From a bacterium (GTDB taxonomy: Bacteria > Bacillota_I > Bacilli_A > RF39 > UBA660), in NCBI GenBank assembly GCA_029012525.1, contig JAQXMG010000059.1, positions 1-34,878 of the forward strand: DNA of 34,878 bases, in the 5' to 3' direction. The notes under the pieces were generated by a model that was not told the DNA's origin, ran no database searches, and saw only the letters and a program-made list of their open reading frames with translations. A program made the position numbers and the translations under genes. Of the stretch, positions 1-9,797 are shown one piece after another (the stretch's first letter is position 1; every line of letters starts with the position of its first letter).

Positions 1-688
1 TTAAAATATCACTAGATCTTTTTCCAAAACTATCTAACAAAATTATTAATAATTTTGTTAGTTCTTTTTCTTCATATTCATGTTCAATAGAAACATTAAA
101 ATCAGATACTATTTCATATAATTTATCGTAATCATCATTCTCACTTTTTGAAATAGAAGAATCTAAAGAAACCTGATTAAAATTAATTGCTTTTAATGTT
201 GTAAGTTGATCTTTAGAAATCGATAAGTTACTTAATACAATATTATCTGATGGCTCTTTGCCATTTAAGCTAAAATATACTTCTTTCAATTTATTATATT
301 TTTTTAATAAATTGAAATACTTAGTACCAATACTTAAAGAACTATATTGCTCTGATATAAATTTATTTATTTCATATTTTATAAACGAAACAGCATAAGT
401 TGACAATTTAAAACCTTTAGAAGGATTAAATCTATCAATTGCAGTTATGAGCCCCACATTGCCTGATTGAATAACATCCATAATATCTAGCCAAGGTGGT
501 ATATTATAAAATGTTTTTATACACCAAATAACTAATTTGTAATTAGAATCAATAAGCTTTTTCCTTGATAACATGTTGCTATTATTAAAGTAATCATTTG
601 CATAAAATTGTTCTTCTTCTTTTGTAAGTACTTTATAATTATCAATTTCTTTTAAGTATTGATTTAAGTAATCTTCTTTATGATTCAT
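1..688 (-). CDS. sigma-70 family RNA polymerase sigma factor (N-terminal ~229 aa; the 3' end lies beyond the window edge)
   Basis: Not in the ORF track because it is edge-truncated. Manual translation from ATG at 688 gives MNHKEDYLNQYLKEIDNYKVLTKEEEQFY...MDVIQSGNVGLITAIDRFNPSKGFKLSTYAVSFIKYEINKFI, a sigma region 2 pattern. The frame stays open to position 2. It starts 13 nt downstream of the rpoD-like stop. Confidence 0.7.
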   Translation of the reverse strand, partial: MNHKEDYLNQYLKEIDNYKVLTKEEEQFYANDYFNNSNMLSRKKLIDSNYKLVIWCIKTFYNIPPWLDIMDVIQSGNVGLITAIDRFNPSKGFKLSTYAVSFIKYEINKFISEQYSSLSIGTKYFNLLKKYNKLKEVYFSLNGKEPSDNIVLSNLSISKDQLTTLKAINFNQVSLDSSISKSENDDYDKLYEIVSDFNVSIEHEYEEKELTKLLIILLDSFGKRSSDIL

Positions 689-701
689 AAAAAATATTCT
701 C

Positions 702-1820
702 CTACTTAAAATAATCAATTTTTCTAGTTCTTGCATTTGCTAATTTTTTATAATTACTTCTTGCTCTCATTTTTCTTAATGCTTTAACTTCAATCTGTCT
801 AACTCTTTCTCTTGTTATATTAAATTGTTTACCAGCTTCTTCCAAAGTATAGCAATGATCATAAGGAGACATACCAAAACGCATTTTTATAATTTCTAAT
901 TCTCTTTCAGATAAAACACGTAATAAACACTCACACTCAGTTTTATTATCTATATCATTAGCTTTTTCATTAATTTGATCATCAGTACTCTCTATAAAAT
1001 CTTCTAAACAACAATCATCTTCTTCTCCAACTGGAGTTGAAAGAGATATTGGTTCAAATCCGTTTTTTACATATATTGCTTCTCTTACTTTTTCTTCAGA
1101 CAAATTCAAAGAATTTGCAATCTCACTTATCTTAGGTAATTCGCCATAAGCAATTTCATATTTTTTACGGAACTTATCAACTTTATTCACAGTTTCATTT
1201 AAATGAACTGGTATTCTAACTATTCTTGACTTATCCGCAATACCACGAGTTATGGCTTGTCTAATCCACCATGTTGCATAAGTTGAAAACTTAAATCCTT
1301 TAGAAGGATCAAATTTTTCAACAGCTTTTATAAGGCCTAAATTTCCTTCTTGAATTAAATCAAGAAAATCCATTCTTCCCATAAACCTTTTAGCAATAGA
1401 TACAACAAGTCTTAAATTAGAATTAATAAGTTCATTTTTTGCAAAAGGATCATTGCCATAAAAACATTTTTCTGCGATGTTTTTTTCCTCTTCTGGTTTT
1501 AAAACAGGATAAATAGCTATTTCTTTTAGATAAGTTTTTACAAAATCATTATTTAAAAAAACATCATTATTTTCTAAACCAAAATTAATTACCAAGCCTT
1601 TTTTACCTATATAGTAATAAAACAATTCATAAGTATATGGCTTTAATTTTAATTTTGCAAGTTCAGTTTCAGATATTATTCCATTAGAAATATTTAATTT
1701 ATCAAGTAATTCATCAAGCATAATTACTACATCTTTATTTAATAGTTGTTTTTCAAAATACTGTTCTTTACTTTCCACTTGTTCTTCTAATTGAATATCT
1801 TCAATGTTATTATTAATCAT
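702..1820 (-). CDS. rpoD: primary-type RNA polymerase sigma factor (RpoD/SigA-like)
   Basis: 372 aa. Region 2 is [43 protein letters not shown], region 3 is [13 protein letters not shown], and the region 4.2 HTH is [40 protein letters not shown] lies upstream of the ATG at 1820. Confidence 0.9.
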   Translation of the reverse strand: MINNNIEDIQLEEQVESKEQYFEKQLLNKDVVIMLDELLDKLNISNGIISETELAKLKLKPYTYELFYYYIGKKGLVINFGLENNDVFLNNDFVKTYLKEIAIYPVLKPEEEKNIAEKCFYGNDPFAKNELINSNLRLVVSIAKRFMGRMDFLDLIQEGNLGLIKAVEKFDPSKGFKFSTYATWWIRQAITRGIADKSRIVRIPVHLNETVNKVDKFRKKYEIAYGELPKISEIANSLNLSEEKVREAIYVKNGFEPISLSTPVGEEDDCCLEDFIESTDDQINEKANDIDNKTECECLLRVLSERELEIIKMRFGMSPYDHCYTLEEAGKQFNITRERVRQIEVKALRKMRARSNYKKLANARTRKIDYFK

Positions 1821-1853
1821 AATAATTCCCCCTTTTCATAAAGTACGCTATAT

Positions 1854-1882
1854 TTTATCATAAAACTTTTGCTTTGTCAAAT
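1854..1882 (-). promoter_or_regulatory. sigmaA-type promoter for the rpoD-like gene
   Basis: The minus strand reads TTGACA (1882-1877), 17 nt, TAAAAT (1859-1854), about 35 nt upstream of the SD and ATG. Confidence 0.55.
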
Positions 1883-1940
1883 ATAGTAAAAAATTATTCA
1901 TTAAATAATTAAATACAATATTTTATTTTAAAACTATTAT

Positions 1941-1969
1941 AAAAAAAATTATGTAATTATAACATAATT
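1941..1969 (-). terminator. Rho-independent terminator after gpmI
   Basis: Perfect 8-bp stem AATTATGT (1947-1954) / ACATAATT (1962-1969) with a 7-nt loop. On the minus strand it is followed by a T-run (plus-strand A-run 1941-1946). Confidence 0.6.
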
Positions 1970-1982
1970 TTCAATAAAACTT

Positions 1983-3494
1983 TTATAAATATTCTTCTTC
2001 AGAAATAATAATTTTTTTACTCATTTCATCTGGAATAGGTAAATTTAAAATACTAAGTATTGATGGTGCAATATCAGAAAGTGATCCATCTGTTAATTTG
2101 TAATTGTTATCACAACAGATTAAAAACACAGGATTAGTAGTATGAGTTGTTAAAATATTACCATCACGATCAAGCATTTCTTCTAGATTACCATGATCTG
2201 CAGTTACTAATAGAAGAATATTATTTTTTTGGCAAAATTCATATAATCTACCAATACAATTATCTACTTCTTCTATAGCTTCTTTGGCTGCTTTAAAAAC
2301 TCCAGTATGACCTACCATATCACCATTGGCATAATTAACAACAGCAAAATCAAAAGTTTTCATTTTTTTTATTAAAATATCTGTTACTTCTTTTGCACTC
2401 ATTTTAGGATTCAAATCATAAGTTACTACATCTTTTTTTGGTACTTTTACACAAGTTGTATGTTTTAAATTTAAATCCCTATCACCATCAAAAAAATGAG
2501 TTACATGTGGAAATTTACTAACTTCTGCTATACGAAGTTGTCTATATCCATATTTTTCTAAAACTTCACCTAAAGTATTTTTAATTTCTATATTTTTAAA
2601 AGCAACAGAACATATTATTTTATCGCTGACATCTGTCATAGAAACTGTTTTTATATTATTTATTTTTTTTATAGGAAAAATATTAAAATTAGGATTTGTT
2701 ATAGCACTAAAAGTTTCAGTTAATCGATCAGGTCTAAAATTTGCAATAATTATACCATCGTTATCAGAAACAACTCCAAGTTTATTTATTATAGTTGGTT
2801 TTATAAATTCATCATATTCTTCGTTGTGATAAGAATCGGTAATTAACTTTTCATATGAATCATAAACAGGTCCAAAATTATTAACTACAGCATCGTAATA
2901 AAGCTTTACTCTATCATAGTATTCTTCACGATCCATTGCATAGTATCTTCCTGCAATTGAAGCTATTTTACCTATTTGCATTTTTTCTAAATATTGATTT
3001 AATTTATTAAGATAAGTTAAGGCACTATTATATGCAGTATCTCTTCCATCTAAAATAACATGTAAATATAATTTTTTTATTCCATTTTCTTTTGCCATTT
3101 TAATAAGCGCAAAAATATGATTGATATGAGAATGTATTCCTCCATCTGATAATAAACCAAAAATATGAAGTTTAGATGAATTATTATTTACATGATTCAT
3201 AACCTTTATTAACTCTTCATTTAAATCAAAAGTACCAGATTCTATAGCATTATTTATTCTAACCAAAGGTTGATAAGTAACTCTACCACTGCCAATTGTC
3301 ATATGTCCTACTTCACTATTTCCCATTTGACCATCAGGAAGTCCAACAAAAGAACCACTTGCAAATAGTTTTGATGAAGGATATTTTTTTAATAACATAT
3401 TAATATTTGGTGTGTCTGCTTGTAAAAAAGCATTACCATATAATTCTTTTTTTAAACCAACTCCATCTAAAATTGCTAATACCACTTTTTTCAT
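1983..3494 (-). CDS. gpmI: 2,3-bisphosphoglycerate-independent phosphoglycerate mutase
   Basis: 503 aa. iPGM hallmarks are present: N-terminal ILDGVG, the catalytic-Ser region MGNSEVGHMTIGSGR, NYANGDMVGHTG, and C-terminal TADHGN. Confidence 0.95.
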   Translation of the reverse strand: MKKVVLAILDGVGLKKELYGNAFLQADTPNINMLLKKYPSSKLFASGSFVGLPDGQMGNSEVGHMTIGSGRVTYQPLVRINNAIESGTFDLNEELIKVMNHVNNNSSKLHIFGLLSDGGIHSHINHIFALIKMAKENGIKKLYLHVILDGRDTAYNSALTYLNKLNQYLEKMQIGKIASIAGRYYAMDREEYYDRVKLYYDAVVNNFGPVYDSYEKLITDSYHNEEYDEFIKPTIINKLGVVSDNDGIIIANFRPDRLTETFSAITNPNFNIFPIKKINNIKTVSMTDVSDKIICSVAFKNIEIKNTLGEVLEKYGYRQLRIAEVSKFPHVTHFFDGDRDLNLKHTTCVKVPKKDVVTYDLNPKMSAKEVTDILIKKMKTFDFAVVNYANGDMVGHTGVFKAAKEAIEEVDNCIGRLYEFCQKNNILLLVTADHGNLEEMLDRDGNILTTHTTNPVFLICCDNNYKLTDGSLSDIAPSILSILNLPIPDEMSKKIIISEEEYL

Positions 3495-4765
3495 TACATC
3501 ACCTCAGTTATACAAAATACTGCATAATAAGGAATATATTTTATATTCTTCTTTAAGCTAAAATTATCATATCCAACTCTAATTGATAAAGGAATATTAT
3601 ATTTATTTATTGTTAAACTTAAACTTTTTGATTTAGAACTTTCTTCATTATGCAAAAGTTCTATTGGAATTAGTTTACCAGTTCTTGTTTGAATAACAAG
3701 ATCAAGTTCACATTTACCATCAGAATGATAGTAATAAATATTAAAACCATTATTATTTAAAGTAACAACCACATTATTTTCATAAATAGATTCCATTAAT
3801 TTGTTATTAGTTAGCAATCTATTAGTATTAACATTCATCTTTTTATATAAAAAGCCAGAATCATTATAGTATAGTTTAAAACTTTCTTCATCTTTTATTT
3901 TACTTAAAGGTGATTCTATTTTATTTACCTTACAACTTTTAATTAATAAATTATTATCACATAAGTAATCAATAGACTTGATATATTCTTTTGCTCTCCC
4001 ACCAGGTTTTATAAGTCCATAAACAAATTTTTTATTATCTTTTAAAAGTTGAAAAGAAACACTATCCATAATTTCATTACATCTTTTAACATCAATTAAA
4101 TTATCTAATTCTAAAAATTTATTTTTTATTAACTTGATGTTTTTTTCATGAGTAAGTGATAACATATTATAATCTTTACTAGATGCAAATTCTACCACTG
4201 CATTTGGATAACCACCAGTTAAAACAAAATCATTATAAAGTTCAAAAGCAAGAGAATGGAATGGCATTGGCTTATCATTTTTAAATGAATCTTCAATGAA
4301 ATCTATAAGCTGTTCTTTGCCTACATACTTTAAATACTCAGGAAAGCTTACTAAATTCATTTTTTTTATATTTAACTCAACACCTTTATTTTTGTTAACA
4401 AATGAAAGTGATGAAGTTATCATAATAACATGGTATGCAGAATTATTAAATAACTTTTTAACAGATTTTAATATATTTTCAGTTACATTATCAAATATAA
4501 TTAAGGTTTCATCTTTAAAAATAGTTTCTAGTGAAATTGCTGATAAACCCCTTACTAATTTTTCTAAAGTAGTATTTTTTTCAAAAACATATTTTAATTC
4601 AAGGTTACTAAGACAATCAAAATAAATAGTATTTTTATATTCATTTTTTCCAAATTCAATAGTAGTATAAGTTTTTCCACATCCTGTTATTCCATATAAA
4701 AGCATTGGCTTTTTTGAATTATCTAACTTCCATTTTAACAATTCAGATGTTATTTTTCGTTCCAT
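3494..4765 (-). CDS. AAA-family ATPase of the AAA_14/DUF4143 (COG1373-like) type
   Basis: Walker A is LLYGITGCGKTY and the Walker-B-like segment is ETLIIFDNV; length and layout fit the family. The probable true start is ATG 4765 (MERKITSELL), preceded by GGGAGGA; the track start at 4795 lacks an SD. The stop overlaps the gpmI ATG (TAATG at 3494). Confidence 0.7.
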   Translation of the reverse strand: MERKITSELLKWKLDNSKKPMLLYGITGCGKTYTTIEFGKNEYKNTIYFDCLSNLELKYVFEKNTTLEKLVRGLSAISLETIFKDETLIIFDNVTENILKSVKKLFNNSAYHVIMITSSLSFVNKNKGVELNIKKMNLVSFPEYLKYVGKEQLIDFIEDSFKNDKPMPFHSLAFELYNDFVLTGGYPNAVVEFASSKDYNMLSLTHEKNIKLIKNKFLELDNLIDVKRCNEIMDSVSFQLLKDNKKFVYGLIKPGGRAKEYIKSIDYLCDNNLLIKSCKVNKIESPLSKIKDEESFKLYYNDSGFLYKKMNVNTNRLLTNNKLMESIYENNVVVTLNNNGFNIYYYHSDGKCELDLVIQTRTGKLIPIELLHNEESSKSKSLSLTINKYNIPLSIRVGYDNFSLKKNIKYIPYYAVFCITEVM

Positions 4766-4856
4766 AATTTGTTTCCTCCCTACACTTATTATCATTTAAA
4801 GTATAAATCATTTAAATTTTGAAGTCAATAGGTAGAGAAAAAGTTTATTTTATAGC

Positions 4857-4883
4857 AAAAAAATATAGACTTTTTGTCTATAT
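4857..4883 (-). terminator. Rho-independent terminator after spo0A
   Basis: 8-bp stem ATATAGAC (4863-4870) / GTCTATAT (4876-4883) with loop TTTTT. On the minus strand it is followed by T7 (plus-strand A-run 4857-4863), 8 nt after the spo0A stop. Confidence 0.6.
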
Positions 4884-4890
4884 TAATCTA

Positions 4891-5661
4891 TCAAACTGCT
4901 ACTTTTCTAAATTCTAATCTTAGTTTATCTGCAATAGTAACAATAAATTCAGAATTTGTTGGCTTTGCTTTATCAATATCAACAGAATGTCCAAAAATCT
5001 GTTCCATCAAATCCCAATTTCCTCTATTCCATGATACTTCTATGGCATGTCTTATTGCTCTTTCAACACGAGAAGTAGTTGTATCAAATCTATCTGCTAT
5101 TTCTGGATATAATTCTTTAGTTATTCCTCCCACCATCGCAGGTTTTTCATATACAATTGAAATACCTTCTCTTATATATTGATATCCTTTAATATGTGAT
5201 GGCACCCCAAGTTCATGTAAAATATTTGTTATAGAAATTTGCAAATTATGATGATATAAATCAATTGAAGTGTTTGGAGTTACAACATCTTCTCTTAATT
5301 CTAAAACTCTTTTTTCAAGTTCTACAAGTTCAAAAGGTTTTAATAAGAAATAATTTGCTCCAAGTTCTGAAACTTTTCTTATCATCTCAGGAGTATTATA
5401 AGATGTAAGTACAATTACTTTTTTATCAATACCCTCTTTGTTCATTTCTTCTAAAACAGCAACACCATCTTTTTTTGGCATAATTAGATCTAAGATGATT
5501 AAATCAAAATCTGTTAAATTATCCTTCATTATTTTAATTCCATCTTCACCGTTATGAGCAGTAAATTTAACTTCAATATCTGCGCGATTTTCAAAATACT
5601 CTTTAATCATATTGACAAGTTCAACATTGTCGTCGATTATAAAAAGTCTAGTTTTGTTCAT
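4891..5661 (-). CDS. spo0A: sporulation master response regulator Spo0A
   Basis: The receiver domain (LFIIDDN...[11 protein letters not shown]) is followed by the Spo0A-specific C-terminal DNA-binding domain ([19 protein letters not shown]...[35 protein letters not shown]). The likely start is ATG 5661 (MNKTRLF), behind SD AAGGGAG; the track start at 5685 is a GTG with no SD. Confidence 0.93.
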   Translation of the reverse strand: MNKTRLFIIDDNVELVNMIKEYFENRADIEVKFTAHNGEDGIKIMKDNLTDFDLIILDLIMPKKDGVAVLEEMNKEGIDKKVIVLTSYNTPEMIRKVSELGANYFLLKPFELVELEKRVLELREDVVTPNTSIDLYHHNLQISITNILHELGVPSHIKGYQYIREGISIVYEKPAMVGGITKELYPEIADRFDTTTSRVERAIRHAIEVSWNRGNWDLMEQIFGHSVDIDKAKPTNSEFIVTIADKLRLEFRKVAV

Positions 5662-5703
5662 TATTTTCTCCCTTCTTACTACCACGCAAGTATATTATAA
5701 TAC

Positions 5704-5733
5704 AAAAAAAGACTCATTACTAGAGCTTTTTTT
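5704..5733 (-). terminator. probable terminator after tpiA (A-run/stem/T-run, could act in both directions)
   Basis: AAAAAAAG(A)CTC - ATTACTA - GAGCTTTTTTT. The G/C core is short with one bulge and is extended by A:T pairs. A TATAAT (minus strand, 5699-5694) follows and could serve spo0A. Confidence 0.4.
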
Positions 5734-5748
5734 GGCAAGTTTTGTCGA

Positions 5749-6459
5749 TTATTTAACCGAATCAAGAATATCTATAATTTTTTTACTATCTATACTTTCT
5801 TTTCCAATTAAATAACCATCCAAATTTTTAATTTTATTAAGTTCACTAATTGTTTCCAAATTAACATTGCCACCATAAACAACAACTGGATTTATATTAA
5901 ATGATTTAATAATTACATTTTTTATTAAAGAAATTATTTCTTCTATTTCTTTATTGCTTTTTGTCTTATTATTTTTAAAACTAAAATTGGGTTCATAAGC
6001 TAAAACAAAATCATAAGAAAGATCTATGCCTTTTAAAAATTCTCTTAATTGTTTTACTATGACTTCACCAGTTTTACATCTTAAATACTCTTCTTTTGTT
6101 TCTCCAATACATATAATCGGAATAATATTATTATTTAAAGCTTCTTTTATTTTTTCATTAATAATCTTACTTGTTTCATTTAAATTATCACGTCTTTCAT
6201 TATGTCCTATTATAACATATTTTACATTTAATGATTTAAGTTCTTTTGCTGTTACTTCACCAGTTATATTTTTAAAAGATATATTTTGACTACCTAAAGA
6301 AAAATTATATCTACCATTAAAGTATGGAATAAATATAGTTGAAGGACACATCACTACTTCAATATCTGTTCTTATTTTATCTTTAATCTCTTTAATATAA
6401 TCAATTACATCTTCATATTCCATATAAGCTTTATGATTTAAAATTACTATTTTTTTCAT
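5749..6459 (-). CDS. tpiA: triosephosphate isomerase (divergent)
   Basis: 236 aa. The catalytic positions are retained: NHK (Asn/Lys), IIGHNERR (His), LAYEP (Glu) and VVYGGNV. The ATG overlaps the pgk stop (TAATG at 6459). Confidence 0.85.
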   Translation of the reverse strand: MKKIVILNHKAYMEYEDVIDYIKEIKDKIRTDIEVVMCPSTIFIPYFNGRYNFSLGSQNISFKNITGEVTAKELKSLNVKYVIIGHNERRDNLNETSKIINEKIKEALNNNIIPIICIGETKEEYLRCKTGEVIVKQLREFLKGIDLSYDFVLAYEPNFSFKNNKTKSNKEIEEIISLIKNVIIKSFNINPVVVYGGNVNLETISELNKIKNLDGYLIGKESIDSKKIIDILDSVK

Positions 6460-7637
6460 TATTTTTCTCCTATATAAGAAAGTCCAGGAAGGTCATGATT
6501 TACAATATATTCTAAAGTTGCTCCACCACCTGTAGATATGTACGTTATATTTTTATCCAATTTTAAGTTTTTTATACAACCCACAATATCTCCACCACCA
6601 ACATATACTTCTTTTCTATTATCTGTTAAAAATTTTACAATTTCTTCAGTACCATTTTGATAATTACTAAATTCATATACACCAAGTGGACCATTCATAA
6701 AAATAGTTTCACATGATAAAAGTTCTTTTTTAAAACCTTCAAGTGTTTTATCACCAAGATCCATACCTATAAAATCTTTAGGAAAATCTGTTATAAAATA
6801 CATTTCCTTTTTAGAATCATTACTAAAACTCGTTGATCCATAAAAATCTATTGGTAAGATTATTTTATTTTTATATTTTTTTAAAAGATCTTTGCAAGTT
6901 GAAATCATATCTTCTTCAATTAAAGAATTACCTACATTCATATCAAGAGCTTTTAAAAATGTAAAAGCCATGGCTCCACCGATAAACAAGTAATCAACTT
7001 TTTCTATTAATCCATTTATAACACTTATTTTATCTGATACTTTAGCACCACCCATGATTACTGCAAAAGGTCTACTTGGATTATCCAATTTTTGTAAATT
7101 ATTTATTTCTTTTTCTACTAAAAAACCAATACCAGAATCTAAATATTTTGATATACCATAATTTGATGAATGACGTCTGTGAATTGTTCCAAAAGCGTCA
7201 TTTATAAATATATCTCCTAAAGATGCCCAATATTTTGAAAGATTTTCGTCTTGATTACTTTCCTTTTTTCCATCTAAATCTTCAAATCTTGTATTTTCTA
7301 AAAGTATACAAGTTCCATATTCCATATTATCTATTTCTTTTTTTATTATAGGATCATTAGTATAAGGAACAAACTTTATTTTGTCTTTTAAGTATTTTTT
7401 TAATTCTTCATATACTATTTTTAAACTATATTTTTTCTTATCTTCAATAGTTTTTACTTTACCCAAATGAGATAAAATAACCAGTTTACAATTTCTTTTT
7501 AATAAATAATTAATTGATTCTAAAGAACTTGTTATTCTTGTTGAATCAATTATTTTATTATCTTTTATACTTACATTTAAATCACATCTTAGTAAAACTA
7601 TTTTTTTATCATAATCAAAATCTCTTATTGTTTTCAA
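6459..7637 (-). CDS. pgk: phosphoglycerate kinase
   Basis: 392 aa with the typical PGK N-terminus (VLLRCDLNV...ILSHLGKV) and C-terminal STGGGATLEY. The start codon at 7637 is TTG, with AGGATGTGA upstream. Confidence 0.95.
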   Translation of the reverse strand: MKTIRDFDYDKKIVLLRCDLNVSIKDNKIIDSTRITSSLESINYLLKRNCKLVILSHLGKVKTIEDKKKYSLKIVYEELKKYLKDKIKFVPYTNDPIIKKEIDNMEYGTCILLENTRFEDLDGKKESNQDENLSKYWASLGDIFINDAFGTIHRRHSSNYGISKYLDSGIGFLVEKEINNLQKLDNPSRPFAVIMGGAKVSDKISVINGLIEKVDYLFIGGAMAFTFLKALDMNVGNSLIEEDMISTCKDLLKKYKNKIILPIDFYGSTSFSNDSKKEMYFITDFPKDFIGMDLGDKTLEGFKKELLSCETIFMNGPLGVYEFSNYQNGTEEIVKFLTDNRKEVYVGGGDIVGCIKNLKLDKNITYISTGGGATLEYIVNHDLPGLSYIGEK

Positions 7638-7727
7638 AAGCTATCACATCCTAATAAAATTGTATCATTTTATTTAATTATTATCTACATAAAAATAAAA
7701 AAATTAATATAATAATTTATTAATTTT

Positions 7728-7946
7728 TTATTTATAAAATAACACTTTCTTTCTAAATCTTTTTAAAACATTATAACCAAGAGTATAGCTTGCTCCAACT
7801 AATGATATTTTAAGATCATTTGAAGTATTATAAATAAAACAGCCTACAGAAACAGGTATAATAACAAATGAATAAAAATCATTTACTTTAGCAGTATATT
7901 TTTTATTAACTAAAAAATTGTTTTTATATATTTTTAAGTTCTTCAT
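7728..7946 (-). CDS. hypothetical small protein (72 aa, one hydrophobic segment); doubtful
   Basis: It is the only ORF in the 365-nt pgk-frr gap. No Shine-Dalgarno precedes the ATG and there is no recognisable motif. Confidence 0.2.
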   Translation of the reverse strand: MKNLKIYKNNFLVNKKYTAKVNDFYSFVIIPVSVGCFIYNTSNDLKISLVGASYTLGYNVLKRFRKKVLFYK

Positions 7947-8002
7947 ATATTGTATTTTATGTTATTAACATTTTTTTGTTAATAAAAAAGAAATATAATT
8001 TC

Positions 8003-8548
8003 TTATATTTCCATTAAGTCTTGTTCTTTTTCTTTTAAAAGATCTTCTATTTTTTTATTATAATCATTTACAACATCTTGAATTTTATCGTTAATATGCT
8101 TTTCTTCGTCTTCAGGAAGTTTAGCTATTTTTATTTCATCTAATATATCTTTTCTAATATTTCTTATAGCAATTCTTCCTTCTTCAGCATATTCTTTAGC
8201 TTGTTTGACAAGTTCTTTTCTTCTTTCTTCATTTAAAGGTGGAATATTAATAAATACCATTTCCCCGTTGTTATTTGGAGTAACTCCTAAATTTGCTTCA
8301 TAAATTGCTTTTTCTATTGCACCTAAACAATTTTTATCAAAAGGTTTAATATTAATAGTTCTTGCTTCAGGAACAAATATTGTAGCAAGTTGTTTAACTG
8401 GAGTTAAAGTACCATAATATAAAACGTTTACATTATCTAACATATTAGGATTAGCTCTTCCTGCTCTTATACTTGTAAATCTTTCACATAAATTTTCTAT
8501 TGCTTTATTCATTTTTTCTTTTGCTAATAAACAAAAGTCAGTATCCAT
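8003..8548 (-). CDS. frr: ribosome recycling factor
   Basis: 181 aa. Typical RRF sequence: RAGRANPNMLDNV...YYGTLTPVKQLATI...PPLNEERRKELVKQAKEYAEEGRIAIRNIR. Confidence 0.95.
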   Translation of the reverse strand: MDTDFCLLAKEKMNKAIENLCERFTSIRAGRANPNMLDNVNVLYYGTLTPVKQLATIFVPEARTINIKPFDKNCLGAIEKAIYEANLGVTPNNNGEMVFINIPPLNEERRKELVKQAKEYAEEGRIAIRNIRKDILDEIKIAKLPEDEEKHINDKIQDVVNDYNKKIEDLLKEKEQDLMEI

Positions 8549-8616
8549 AAAATCATCTCTCCTCGTATATATTTATATTATACTTAATATTTATTAAAAA
8601 AACAATAAAATTTTAT

Positions 8617-8645
8617 AAAAAAAAGACTTAGGATTTTCCTAAGTC
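8617..8645 (-). terminator. Rho-independent terminator after the 368-aa fibre-protein gene
   Basis: Perfect 9-bp stem GACTTAGGA / TCCTAAGTC (8625-8645) with a 3-nt loop. On the minus strand it is followed by T8 (plus-strand A-run 8617-8624), 4 nt after the stop. Confidence 0.7.
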
Positions 8646-8648
8646 ATA

Positions 8649-9755
8649 TTATTCATTTATACTAAATTGTAAATCGTAATTAATATTTCCTCCTGATGCA
8701 CCATTTTCACAATCAACATCCTGTCCTTCAACCCACATATAAACTCTGATTTTTGTAATTCCTTGAGTTAAACCTCCAAATACTGCAACAGATGTATCAA
8801 AGTTTGCTTCTGTTGCATAATCAACAGTAACTGGAGCAAAATAATTACTATTAATAGCAGTCCAAGTTCCTCCTGCTGATGTACAATCACCTTCTGTTGT
8901 TTTACTTGCATCTCTTACACCACCATTTAAACAAGCCATAAATGTTGATGAAGCTTCTTTTAATAAAACATTATTATCTGTTATTATTTCTGCTTTTACT
9001 CCTTCATAATCTAGTTGTGCTGCACCTGTTGCTGTTGTTGTTATTCCGTAAACATCAGCTGCATTTGTTATACCAGTTGCTGAATGAACATCGTAATTTG
9101 GTTCCCAAATATATACTGGTGATGCAGCGCTTCCCTTTATTCCTTGAACATCTTTTAATTCAGTACCATTAGCAACGTTACCTAATACAACAAATCCAAT
9201 ACGTGAAGCATTTTTAATACCTTTGTCATCACCTTGTGCTGTTACATTTGATGTTCTTGTCATATATAAGTCTCCAGTTTTATCAACTTTCAAATATAAA
9301 TCAAATGTAATAAATTTACCGATATTACTATCTGTTGTTCTTGTTTCTGTAGTTTTTGTTGCGGTTAAAATATAATCACCATCAGTATTTGTATCAGTTA
9401 CACCATAAAACATTTCAAGCCTTCCATTCGCATCAACAACTTTCGCAGTTGAAACAGGTTCTAACGTATCTGGTAATTGATTAATACTTAATGCCTGTGT
9501 TTCAGCCAAGTAATTAGTATGAGCATTCGTAATATCAGTTGTTTGAATAATTGATTTCCAATTTGTTCCATCTGTTGATATTTGAATACCATTTTTAGCT
9601 GCTACATTTACAGTTATTTTATTAATTGTTACAGTTTCATTAGCAGTAAACCATGCATATGATGATACTCCTAAAAGTGAACCAGTAACGCACAATAATA
9701 ATAAAAGTAATAATAGTCTTCTTCTTCTGTTATTCTTTTTTTCTTTGTCTTTCAT
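8649..9755 (-). CDS. exported protein with SipW-cognate signal peptide, large TasA-superfamily-like paralog A (candidate major fibre subunit)
   Basis: The N-terminus is KKNNRRRRLLLLLLLLCVTGSLLGVSSYAWFTANE: basic, then hydrophobic, then the aromatic-A-x-F-x-(N/D) motif seen in TasA/CalY. It is a clear paralog of 21344-22354 (LEPVST, GKFI.FD, IWEPNYD.H, KIR.Y.W.EGQDVDCEN). It has its own promoter, a strong SD (AGAAGGA) and its own terminator. Confidence 0.8.
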   Translation of the reverse strand: MKDKEKKNNRRRRLLLLLLLLCVTGSLLGVSSYAWFTANETVTINKITVNVAAKNGIQISTDGTNWKSIIQTTDITNAHTNYLAETQALSINQLPDTLEPVSTAKVVDANGRLEMFYGVTDTNTDGDYILTATKTTETRTTDSNIGKFITFDLYLKVDKTGDLYMTRTSNVTAQGDDKGIKNASRIGFVVLGNVANGTELKDVQGIKGSAASPVYIWEPNYDVHSATGITNAADVYGITTTATGAAQLDYEGVKAEIITDNNVLLKEASSTFMACLNGGVRDASKTTEGDCTSAGGTWTAINSNYFAPVTVDYATEANFDTSVAVFGGLTQGITKIRVYMWVEGQDVDCENGASGGNINYDLQFSINE

Positions 9756-9797
9756 AATTTTTTTTCCTTCTTTCTATTCCGTATATATTCCTTATTA

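Noticed and set aside
7947-8002. Hairpin TTATTAAC-N8-GTTAATAA downstream of frr as a terminator
   Set aside because: The stem is pure A/T except for one G:C pair. On the minus strand it is not followed by a T-run, so it is too weak to call.
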